Assembly: GCA_000388065.2 (NCBI GenBank)
Contig: KB932202.1
DNA from: Fonticula alba ATCC 38817
Lineage: Eukaryota; Protista; Nucleariida
Strand: one strand, 5' to 3'
DNA length: 64,000 nucleotides
Part shown: positions 41,001 through 51,800 of the stretch, in pieces
How positions within the stretch are numbered: the stretch's first letter is position 1
How the letters are laid out: each line of letters starts with the position of its first letter
Program-made: the position numbers and the translations under genes
The notes under the pieces: model-generated
What the model saw: the letters and a program-made list of their open reading frames with translations, nothing else
What the model was told of the DNA's origin: nothing
Database searches by the model: none

Positions 41001-41641
41001 GGCGAGCGCCTGGCGGCGCAGGCTGCCCGCCGGGAGGCCGAGCGTGCCCGCAAGTCCGCCGAGGACCACACGGCCACCATCTCCTCCCTGCGCGCCGAGC
41101 TGTCGCAGACCCACTCGTCGGCCGAGCTGGCCCTCAAGGAGGCCACGGCCGCGGCCCAGGCATCTGCCCAGCAGATGGTCGAGGACACGCAGGCGTACGC
41201 GACCGAGCTCATGGGCGATCTGGTCATGGCCAAGATGTCCCTCGCCGAGACGGAGTACGCTCGGGCCCAGGCCGAGCTGAAGAATCGCTCCATCGCCCGG
41301 GACCTGGCCAAGGAGAAGCTCAAATCCATCGAGCTCGGCAAGCGCCTTACCTCGTTGGAGGTTCGGGCGTCTTCGCGCCGGTAAGAAAAGGGGCGCGAAA
41401 GGCGTGTATGTGTGTGTGTGTGGGGGGGGGGGGGGGGGGGGCGGGGAGGTCGCGGCGTCGCTCCCCATCGCGCCCGCGCTGTCGTGTACGGCGGGTCTCC
41501 CCTCTTTCCCCCGCGGGAGGCCAGGCCCCCCTCCCCCTCTCCCACTCCTCCCTTTCTCCTCCGGCTTGGCTTTCTTGTTCACATTTTCACCTCCAAAATA
41601 GAAACTTCACCTTCTTCGTTGGTTTGTTTCAAAGCCGATAG
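38008..41641 (+). CDS. NT-C2 (EEIG1/EHBP1-type C2) domain protein with a long C-terminal coiled coil
   Basis: The N-terminus FEYKVVVHSADI...KLVVEWKR...KDYKFSL...GKKTLGSATLDLSPFA...GTIRVSISSQFI is NT-C2-like. An acidic/Pro linker and about 480 aa of heptad coiled coil follow. A probable last intron (GTAAGA at 41381 to AG at 41601) adds RNFTFFVGLFQSR*; unspliced, the ORF stops at 41384. Confidence 0.75.
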
Positions 41642-42544
41642 GAACGCGTCCCGTGATCGGGTGGTCGCGTGATGCGGGCGCGTCGGGCCGCATACCACTC
41701 CTGCCAAGTTGGGAACCGGCGGGGGGGGCTCCAAGTCATGGACCGGCGTGCAAGGCACACGAGAGGCCGCCCGATCAAGTCATCGATCCTGTGCGNNNNN
41801 NNNNNNNNNNNNNNNNNNNNNNNNNNNNNNNNNNNNNNNNNNNNNNNNNNNNNNNNNNNNNNNNNNNNNNNNNNNNNNNNNNNNNNNNNNNNNNNNNNNN
41901 NNNNNNNNNNNNNNNNNNNNNNNNNNNNNNNNNNNNNNNNNNNNNNNNNNNNNNNNNNNNNNNNNNNNNNNNNNNNNNNNNNNNNNNNNNNNNNNNNNNN
42001 NNNNNNNNNNNNNNNNNNNNNNNNNNNNNNNNNNNNNNNNNNNNNNNNNNNNNNNNNNNNNNNNNNNNNNNNNNNNNNNNNNNNNNNNNNNNNNNNNNNN
42101 NNNNNNNNNNNNNNNNNNNNNNNNNNNNNNNNNNNNNNNNNNNNNNNNNNNNNNNNNNNNNNNNNNNNNNNNNNNNNNNNNNNNNNNNNNNNNNNNNNNN
42201 NNNNNNNNNNNNNNNNNNNNNNNNNNNNNNNNNNNNNNNNNNNNNNNNNNNNNNNNNNNNNNNNNNNNNNNNNNNNNNNNNNNNNNNNNNNNNNNNNNNN
42301 NNNNNNNNNNNNNNNNNNNNNNNNNNNNNNNNNNNNNNNNNNNNNNNNNNNNNNNNNNNNNNNNNNNNNNNNNNNNNNNNNNNNNNNNNNNNNNNNNNNN
42401 NNNNNNNNNNNNNNNNNNNNNNNNNNNNNNNNNNNNNNNNNNNNNNNNNNNNNNNNNNNNNNNNNNNNNNNNNNNNNNNNNNNNNNNNNNNNNNNNNNNN
42501 NNNNNNNNNNNNNNNNNNNNNNNNNNNNNNNNNNNNNNNNNNNG

Positions 42545-42575
<31 letters not shown>

Positions 42576-43702
42576 TTGCGTGCGTGTACGTGTGTATGTG
42601 GGTCCATTCGCCCGGTGGACCTCGGGCACGATTCTCCCTGGTTCTGCGCCTCTACCCCCTCCGGCTTCGCACCGCCAACACCAGCCGCGGTGCTTGCCTC
42701 TCGCTCTGCCGAATGGTGTGACTTGCCCTCTGAAGTCCGGGCATGCCTCCGTGCCGGGGGACACCCGCCCGAGAGCAAGAGATTCTCCCGACAAATAGCG
42801 CCTTCAGCCTTTCAAGCATCAGCATCTTCGTAGTTTCCTTCGTGCATCATTGCCCGCCCGCCCGCCCGCCTCCTTCCCTCCCCCTCTGTCGCCTCCTCCC
42901 GACTCCCTGGCCTTCACCCGAAGGGCCTCCCACGGTGTGTGACAAGCGTCTGCATCTCCCCCCCCCCCCCGCTTTGGTGTTCTGCTAGCCGGTACATCGT
43001 CCTCCCTTTTGTCATTGTAAAAGGTACTCCTCCATCCTTCTCTCCCTTCCTCCCTTTCCCACGCGCACATTCGCCAGAGGGGGGCAGGGCCCGCGCCACT
43101 CTTCGTGCGCTGCCGGGGAAACGGCGGTGGTCGGCCAAATCCCAGCGGATGATACCACACACGCCCCGGAGTGGCCATCACAAATCCCCCCACGCATGCA
43201 CATACCTACGTGAGAGCATTTTTGGATGGACCGGATTTTGGCCCTTATCTCGCTCATCCTTATCTCGCGCGGGGGGTGCCCACAGGATGGCCGCGCGGGT
43301 GGCGATCGGCTCTCCTCCCCCCCTCCCCCCCCCCCCCTCCCCCTCGGCACACTAAAGCCAGCAGGCAACCGGCCCCGCACTTGCCTCCGTGGGGGTCCTG
43401 TCGCCTGCTCTTCATGGGAATGCCTCTTCCTGGCTCTTTGCCCACTCCAAATGCGGGGACATCGATCGCCCTTTGTCCCACTTCCCCTCGCCCGCCCTCC
43501 CCCTCCCGAGCTTGCAAACGGGGGGGGGGGGGGCACATGGGACGAAGTGAGCCCGGCCACCTCCTAGCCCACAACCACCCACTCAATTTGCACCCCGACA
43601 TCCGATCTGACTCGACTTCTCCTCTCCCTGCCCGGTTCCACCCTGTGCCGGCCCCGGCTGTGTGCCCTACCATGTGCCGCGCGTTTCAGAGCACCTTGAA
43701 AA

Positions 43703-45998
43703 ATGAGCTCTCATGCTTCCGCATCACCGACCACCTCCTACGGAGCGGTCGGTGGCAGCCCCCTGTCCGCCGAGGCGGACAGTCTCATCTCGTCCTACCT
43801 TGCCGACCACCGGGCTCATCGCACCGGCTCCGAGACATCCCTTGTGACGGAGTCCTCCCACAGCGACGGGCGTGATGATGGGAGTTTCTTCAGTTACGAC
43901 GCCTCGGGGCCCGGCTCGTCCGGCTACTATCCCGAGGATGACAACGACCACAAGGCCCTCCTCGGCAACGACGGCGGGACAAAGCCCTCTGCTTCTGGAG
44001 AGGGCGGCTCCCCCAGCGACCAGCTTGGTGGCCAATCATCCTCGACCGAGGCCCCGCCCAAGACCGGGACAGACAGCCGGCGTTTCCGCCTTGCCATGGC
44101 CCTCGTGTGTATGTTTGGCCTGGCCATCTCCTGGGTGGCCCAAGGCTGGCTCGGTCAGAGCCTCCAGGACAGTGGCTATGAGAATGTATGCCCCCCTCCT
44201 CCCCCCCTCCCCCCCGTCATTTGTGTCTTGTGTTCGCCTCCCCGCTCTTCTCTATCGTTGCGCAGATGTGGTGCCTTTTCCTGCCTCGCTCACTTGATCT
44301 TGCGCACACAAACTTCCGGGCCATCTTTCGGACTCACACTCTCCCCCCCCCCCCCCCCCCCCCTCCCTTTCCCCCCTCTCTCTCTTTCTCTCCCCTTCGG
44401 CGCCCTCCCCTCGCCGCCGCACGCGCCCAATCAGCCATACATCATGAGTTACTTTGGGCATAGCATGTTTGCCCTGGGCATTCTAATTGTATTGCCCTTC
44501 TACAAGAGTGCGTCTAGCTTGCGGTTGGAGGCCGGCTCTCTCCCCCCAATGCCCATTGATGCTGGCCACAGGCCAGAGCCCCGGCCCCTGGGAGGATCAA
44601 CCGTGTGTGTTGCCTTCTTTGGTCGGGCCTTTCCCGTTACTGACAGCCTTCCGGCCTCCCTTCCCAGCCTTCGACATCAACCCCCGGCGCTACCTCATGC
44701 CGACCTTCGTCCTTGCGTGTATCTCCTTCCTCATGCTGTATCTGTGGTACCTCTCGCTCAACCACACGATGCTCTCCCTGAACACGGCCATCTACCAATG
44801 CGTGTGTGTCGTGGTGTACTGTGCGTTGTCACTGTGCTCTCTCTCTCTCTCTCTCTCTCCTTGCCCGGCTCTCGCCTTCCTTCTGTCCCTCTCGCTCTCT
44901 CTCCCCCTCGGTCTAACGGTTTTCCTCTCCTCCCTCTCACCTGCCTGTCTGCTCGCTCCTCCTCCTCCTCCTCCTCCTCCTCCTCCGTATGTCATCGGGT
45001 GTCTGCGTAGTCCTTTCAATGATCCTCCTCAAGGAGCGCGCGGACTGGCGCAAGTTCCTGGCCGTGGCCGTGTGCATTACCGGGGTCTTCCTGACGGCAT
45101 TCGCCCCGACCGAGGATGACTCCTCCACCGATGGGACTGCCCTCGGGTACATGCTGCTCATTGGCTCGACCATTCTCTATGGTCTCTATGAGGTTCTGTT
45201 CGCATGGTATCGCCTCGTGCCGCCTGATGCTCCCGCTCTCGAGGGTCTTCTGGCTTCTATCTATACCCTGGGCCTGACTGGCGTTTGGACATGTGCGTGC
45301 CTGGCCGCCGGCGGCCCCGGCCTGTCGCTGCCTCCCTTCCTCCCACAACGACTATTCTACAACCGCTCGCGGGCCATATTCTCTGACACACACATACACA
45401 CGCGCGCGCGTACATGCACACACACACACACACACGTCATTCCCCCCCCCCCCCCGCCCCCGCTCCCGCTCCCGTTCCCTCCTCGCCTCTTCCGCTCGTT
45501 TTGCTCGGCCATCATGCCCCCTACCACAGTCCTCATCTTCTGGATTGGTATGCCCATCCTCCAGGCCACCGGGTTCGAGAACATTGCCCTGCCTCCGACG
45601 CCGGAACTCCGCATGGACCTGCTCATCTTGTGGTTCGTGGTGGTCATCTACCATGCCCTGCTGCTGATTTGCCTCTTCATGGCCGGATCGCCGCTGCTTG
45701 TGTCTGTCGGCACCATCCTCGCCGTGCCAACGGCCATCCTGGTGGAGTTCGTGGCGGCCCAGATCGGGGGTGGCCCGGCCCCCTCCATCCATGCCATGGC
45801 CTGGGCCGGCATGTGTCTCATTGTGCTGGGTTCGTGCTGCTGACCGCCGCCAATGAGACCAGCCTCGGGGCTGGGCTTTTTGCTCGCTTCGCCCGCCGCC
45901 TCGGCTTCAATGTGTACTGCCCGGCTGAGGGGGATGAGCCGAGCTCCAACTGCGGCGGTGGGGCCAAGGTGGATAGCAACGTCGACACGACCGTGTGA
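43703..45998 (+). CDS. DMT/EamA superfamily transporter, SLC35F3/F4/F5 (Thi74)-like
   Basis: A Ser-rich cytosolic N-terminus followed by about 10 TM helices with family-type motifs: ISWVAQ, PYIMSYF, YLWYLSLNHT, SMILLKER, KFLAVAVCITGV, GYMLLIGSTILYGLYEVLF, SPLLVSVGTILAVP. There is an apparent 1-nt frameshift at 45828-45830. Confidence 0.82.
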
Positions 45999-47624
45999 GA
46001 GACAGGCCGAAAGGCACCCGGTTGCGCTCCTTGCCTCCTGCCCCCCCCCCCCCCCACCCAAAGTACGGTGTGTACCCCCTCCCCTGGGCGAGCCTCTCGC
46101 CGCCACTCAAAAGGGGGCGCGTCCGAGGCCTCCGCGCCTCTTCCACCCGCCCCCCCTCCTCTTCGGGAGCGTGCGCGCTCACACGCATACATGCACAAGG
46201 TGATAACGCCTATTTTTCCAATAAACATAGACAGTGTTGCATCCTCTGGGGGGCATCTATTCCAAGCGTGCGGGTGGACAGGTGTGTGTGGGCCTCCCTG
46301 ACTGGGGGAGGGGGAGAGTGTTGTTCGAGCAGGCGAGAGGATGGTTAGTCTTGATCAGGGGGTGGAGTGGCATGCTGTCAGCCGGGGGAGGGTTCAGTCC
46401 GAGTGAGGCATCATCAGCGGGCACGGCGGAAATGATGGCCATGCACGCGCGCGTGTGCGCGCACACGTTCGCACACACACACACACACACACACATCGAC
46501 CCACCACCAAGCACATGTGCACATGCGCACATGCGCACACGCGTATACATGCGCACATGCAGGAGACCACACCAAAGTGGAGAGGAGGGAGGCCATGCTG
46601 ACACCGGCAGCGCGGGTAGCCCGGGGCCCGGTCAACCCCTCCCGACGCGGTTGCGCGGGCAGGAACGTCGACCGGTGGGCCAACCGGGCGGATGCAAGGC
46701 CTGACGGGCCCGGCTGACGCCCGCTGAGGGAGCCGGCTTGAGGCGGCCGCCGTCCTCCCTGACGCTTTGGTGTGCCCCTGGGAGCATTGCCGTATGTATG
46801 CATGCGTGCGTGCGTGCATGTGCATGTGCACATGTGCATGTATGTGGCAGGGATGCGCGTACGCACGCGTGCGCCCGTGCGCGTGCATGAGCACCAGGCG
46901 GCGGGCGCGAGTACGATGTATCTGATCAGATCATCAAGACCCACGGCAGAGGAGAGGGGAGAGGCTGGGGGCAGGAGCGAAGGCAAGGCGCACCGGGGCG
47001 GAGAGGGGGACCGCGATATGTGTGGACTGTGCATGCAGGGGGGGGGAGGGACGGGGAGGCAGGCGCGGGCTGGGGCGGAATTGGCACCAGACGCCCTGAA
47101 AGCCCAGCCGATAGCACGGTGCGTTGGCACAAAAAGAGAGAACACGTGCGCGGATCCTAAACGAAGGACATAAACATGCGCGAGCGCGCGACTCGCCCCC
47201 GGCTGGTGCGCAGCGAGCAGGCAGCGCCGGGCCGGGACAGTGGGAAGGGCGCGGGCGGGAGGGGGGAGCCCCATGCTGGGGAAATAGCGCGCGGACTGAT
47301 GACCGTCCCCGCCTGGCATGGATGCCCTGATGCCTTTCCTTCCCGGTCGAGGGCGCGCGGTACCGCCTGGGAGCCGCCGTGCCCGCGGTCGGGTCAGATT
47401 GTTGTTCCTTTTTTTTTTTCGGCCACCGCCCCGGCAGGCCCTTTCCCTGGGACCGGCTGCAACGCCTCTCCGGGAATACCCAGCTCGCTCGCCCCCCCCC
47501 CTCCTCCCCCTCCCCCCCCTCCTCCCCCCTCTCCTCCCTCCCTTCCACGCGCCTCCTGCCCCTTTCTGCCCCCTATTCCTCCCAGTCCCCCTCTTCTCCC
47601 CTCTGCCTGGGCGCGCGCATCGCC

Positions 47625-48479
47625 ATGAAGTCCCAGCAGCTCCTTTACCGCTTGAACCAGCGCCTGCAAGCCGGCCTGATCAATCGGCCGACCATCGCCC
47701 AGTTGGCCATGACCCAGCACCCGCCGGTGATGGTGCCGATCCCGGAGCCGCCCCGCAAGCGGACCTTCTCCAAGCAGATGATTCGCGACATGCCGTACTG
47801 GTACACCAACCGTGCGGCCGTGACTTCCGGTATGAACAGCGCGCGCGGGGCTTACGTGCATCCGGAGCTGCAGGACTTCTTCCGTCGCTTTGCCGAGGAC
47901 TACGAGTTGGAGAAGCGCCGGAAGCCCACCAAGGACAAGGTCGGGTCGCGTCCCCCCTCGCTCGACCGCCATGGTGATGCCCTCTTCACGCGGTACTTCC
48001 CGCGCGACCCCAACACCCAGAAGACCCAGCGCTCGCGCTTCCCGGAGCTGGTGCTGCACTCGCTCCCCCGGAGCACCGGCAACATCTCCATCACCAACAG
48101 CCGGTCGGTTGATGACTGCCTGGAGAAGGTGAATGAGATCCGCCGCGTGGCCCCGCTTGACCTCTACGAGACCCTGGCTCACAATGCCCTGGAGACCTTC
48201 CACCTGCAGGAGCGCCGTCGTGCTGCCAGCCGGCGCATGTATGCCGATGTGTCCCTCAGTGACATTGTCATCCACCCGGGGCTGATGGGCCTCCTCCCGC
48301 GGGGCATCTCCTCCGAGTACTCGAAGCTCATTAACCAGGGCTTCGATGCCCATGCCGCCTTCCGCCATAGCTACCACAAGACCTTCCACGCCTCCGAGAC
48401 CGAGGCCGAGGCCGCCTCCAAGGCCAAGGCCAAGGCCAAGGCGAAGGCCAAGGCCGCCCAGGCTTCCAACTCCACCTGA
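47625..48479 (+). CDS. RSM25: Mitochondrial small-subunit ribosomal protein mS23 (Rsm25-like), intronless
   Basis: MKSQQLLYRLNQRLQAGLINRP...HPP and RPPSLDRHGDALFTRYFPRDP parallel the fungal Rsm25 motifs as I recall them (QRxxxxLxxGL...PP; RPPxLxYxEDxLRxxF...HP). The protein is basic, 284 aa, with a (KA)n tail. Confidence 0.65.
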   Translation: MKSQQLLYRLNQRLQAGLINRPTIAQLAMTQHPPVMVPIPEPPRKRTFSKQMIRDMPYWYTNRAAVTSGMNSARGAYVHPELQDFFRRFAEDYELEKRRKPTKDKVGSRPPSLDRHGDALFTRYFPRDPNTQKTQRSRFPELVLHSLPRSTGNISITNSRSVDDCLEKVNEIRRVAPLDLYETLAHNALETFHLQERRRAASRRMYADVSLSDIVIHPGLMGLLPRGISSEYSKLINQGFDAHAAFRHSYHKTFHASETEAEAASKAKAKAKAKAKAAQASNST

Positions 48480-48884
48480 GCCTGGGGCTTTCTCCTCCCC
48501 CCCGCCCCCCCTCCCCCCATCCTTCCTCCTTCTCCGTCCCTCCGTGAGCACTTGTGCCCCTCCTCCCCTTCCCCCCCCCCCCCCCCCTTCCCTCGGGTGT
48601 ACTTTGCCACACTCCCTCCTTTGCTTTTGATCTCCCTGCCAAGGCGATCCCTCCCCCCTCCGACTTCCAATATACATAGAGAACTTCATCTCGGAGGCCT
48701 GGGTCCGGTGGAGGGCCCTCCCCACCACGATTGTGCCCCCCCCCCCCCCATGCCGCCGGGTCGTTTGCCGGCGGGGGGCGTGCTCCCCCGGTGAGGACAC
48801 GCGGGCGGGCTTTTTTTCCTTTTGGATGTGTTTCTATTGGTCGCTGGTTGCCATGGCCGGTGCGCGCGCGCGCGCCTTTGGCCG

Positions 48885-51800
48885 TCATGGCGAGCCCACC
48901 CGGCGCAGAGAGCCCGACTCGAAGGCCAACTGTGCGCTTGGCGAGAGGCTGGAGTCTCGGGTGAAGGAGGTGGTGATCGGGGCACCGCCGGCCAGGAGCC
49001 CGGCCCCAGCGGCCGCTGACAGGGGCGACGAGAAGGGATCGGCCAGCGGCCCGGGGGCCGTTGCCCCGGTGCCGGGATGGCACTCCTGGTGGATGAAGGC
49101 CACCAGGGCCTGGGTCAGACGCATGGAGTCCAGCACCCCGACACCGACATTGGCAGCCGCGGCGCCGGCGGCCGGGGCTGGCTGGTCACCAGCTCCCACC
49201 CCGGGTGACAGGGCGGTCACGGCCGACAGATCGCCCGTGGTGGGGGCCGGCGTGGCGCCGGTGCTGCCGGCCTCCCGACACTGGTCCAAAACACCAGCCG
49301 CAGCCAGGCCCAGGACGCCGGACCCGGCCATTCGGGCCAAACAGGCCGCGGCCAGGTCCCGATCGGCCAGCGGGATGCCATGCTGCAGCATGAGCGGCAG
49401 CCAGACAAAAGTGGCCCGGGGCCCGGGCATCGAGCGCTGAACCCGCAGGTAGTCCGAGTGCCGGGCCAGCCGGTCCCGGCAGAAGGTCACATACCCGGCC
49501 GTCCGCTCGAGATAGAGGCTCCGAGAGAGGAGGCGCAGCAGGGGGACCGCGCGAGCGGCGGCGGCAGCGGCGGCGGCAGCGGCCCCGGTGGGCCCCCGGC
49601 CAGTCGGCGGCCCACCCCGCACCACCAGAGTCCCGGCCAGCACCGGGTACTCCTTGGCCAAGCGGGGAACATCAAAGGGGAAGGGCACATGCAGCAGGGC
49701 GCCACCATGAGACAGCACGGCCGCCGGAGGGGCGCGCGTGCGCATGCCCGAGCCCGACGGCGGCACCGGCTCGATTGACTGCGCTGCGTCGGTGACGGCC
49801 GGCTCCTCGTCGGCCGGCGGGATGCACACGCCCTGCACCAGGAGGGCCGTGTCCAGCAGCAGGTCATTGAGAATGGTCAGGGCACGGCGCCGGGGGATGA
49901 TGGTGACCCGGCCATATCCGCCGGCCATCAGTCCGGGGGCCGTTGGAGTGGGCAACTGCTGCCCGCTGCCGTAAACCCCGCCGCGGAAGGGCCCACCCAA
50001 AAAGTGCCCCGCCTGCAGGGGGTCGTGCGGCGAGCCCTCGCGAGCTGCCTGGGGCGCGACGCTCCAAACCATGACAGCCAGGTAGTCATACGGCTGGGCG
50101 TGGGCGTGGGCGTGGGCGTGGGGAGAGGGGGAGGGGGGGGGGGGAGGGGGCGAGCGCATGGATGAGACGCCGGGCGTGGAAAGGAAGAGGCGACAAACAA
50201 AAAAGAAAAGGACCCCGGAGCAAAGGGGGATGTGGCCGGAAGAGGGAGATAAAAAATACACACCAACAGAGTGGCTGGCAGCCGCCGAAGACGAGTCCCA
50301 GTGCGGAGAGCCACCGAGGCGGGGCCGCATCCGGCCGATCGATACATGAAGAGTGACAGCCAGCATGTAGCCGACCCTGCGGTGTTGTACTCGACGCCAG
50401 TCCCGGCGGTGGAGGCGGTCCCGCTGGGGCCGGGGCCGAGGGCCGCCCGGGCGGCGGGCTCCTGGCCGGCACCGGAGCCGCGTGCGGCCGTGCCATCGGG
50501 CCCGAGGACCGAGCTCTGCGGATCTAGCAGCGAGTCGCCGGGCTCGACACCGACACGCAGCCGAGCCGGCAACTGCGGAGGCCCAATATAGGGAACGAAG
50601 GCCCCGCAGCCGAGCGACCAGCCGGATCCACCGCCGGAGATGTGATCGAACTCCTCGAGCCCCTGGAGATGGTATTGGTCTTCGGCCAGGGGGAAGACCC
50701 GGAAGAGCGAGGCGGGCGAGGGGGCCGTCGACACCAGGACATCGTAATTCCGCGCCAAGACGCGTCGCCGAGACGTGGGGTCCAAACTGGCGAGGCTTTC
50801 GATGCGAATGATGTCTTTGAGTTGGGGGGAGTTCACCGATGCATGTGTGTGTGTGTGTGTGTGTGTGTGTGAGTATAACAAAAGTAGGGGAAGGCACAGT
50901 TGTGATCCGCTTCGCTGAGGGGAAGAACGAGAGGAAGGGAGGTGGGCCGTGCACGCACCGACAGATGCCGGCTGACGAAGACCCGGGTCCAGGGCCAGGC
51001 ACCAGCCATGGCGCAGGAGGAAGAGAGTCTTGTAGAGGCCAAGTACATGGTCATAGTAGGTCCGCGTTCCGGGGACCAGGTCCGATGACAGGTAGGGGGC
51101 CGTGTAGTCGGGCCCCGGAGGGGTGGCCGCCGGTTCGGCCGCCTCCGCATCCCAAGCCTCGCCCAGGAGAGTGGAGGCCAGGGAGTTGAGGAAGTCATCG
51201 CAGGCCACATTGGCAATCTTGCCGCGCTCGTACAGGGTCACTGCGTGGGACTTGAGATTAGTATGCGGGCTGAAGGCCGAAGACCGGCTCGCGCCAGACG
51301 GGTCGCCCATCATCAGGATGGCCGTGACACTGGCGTCAATCAAAAGACCAAAGCGTGGCCGCCGCCGGGGTGAGTGCCCCGGCGCGGGGCTGGTGATGGC
51401 GGCACTGAGGGCTGCAGGGGAGCCCTCCTGGTAAGTCAGATGTGTGTGTGTGTGTGGGGGGGGGGCGGGGGGTAGGTGCGAGCGTGCCGGCCGGAAAAAA
51501 AAAGACAGGGGGGATGCGAGGAGGACGCGCGAAAGGGGGCAGAGCTTTCGTGCGCACCGGCGTCAAGGACCAGCGGAAAGAAGGAGTGCGGCCGCATGGT
51601 GGCCGAGGGAAGGGTGGGCGTTGGCAGGACCGGCGAAAGGACCTCCGGCGGGAAATCAATCTGACCGGCGGCCGAGGGCAGTGACCCGGCGCGGGGGAAG
51701 TCCCCGCTCTGCAGCATGCCGGCGAAGTCCCCCGGATGGAAGAGAGGCAGCGAGTCGGCCGGCACGAGGGAATCGCCGGCCGTGGGCCGGGCAGTGGTGA

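Noticed and set aside
46430-46890. (TGCA)/(GCAC)-rich alternating purine-pyrimidine tracts as a mobile element or Z-DNA switch
   Set aside because: No terminal repeats, target-site duplication or transposase; the same simple repeats occur throughout the window.
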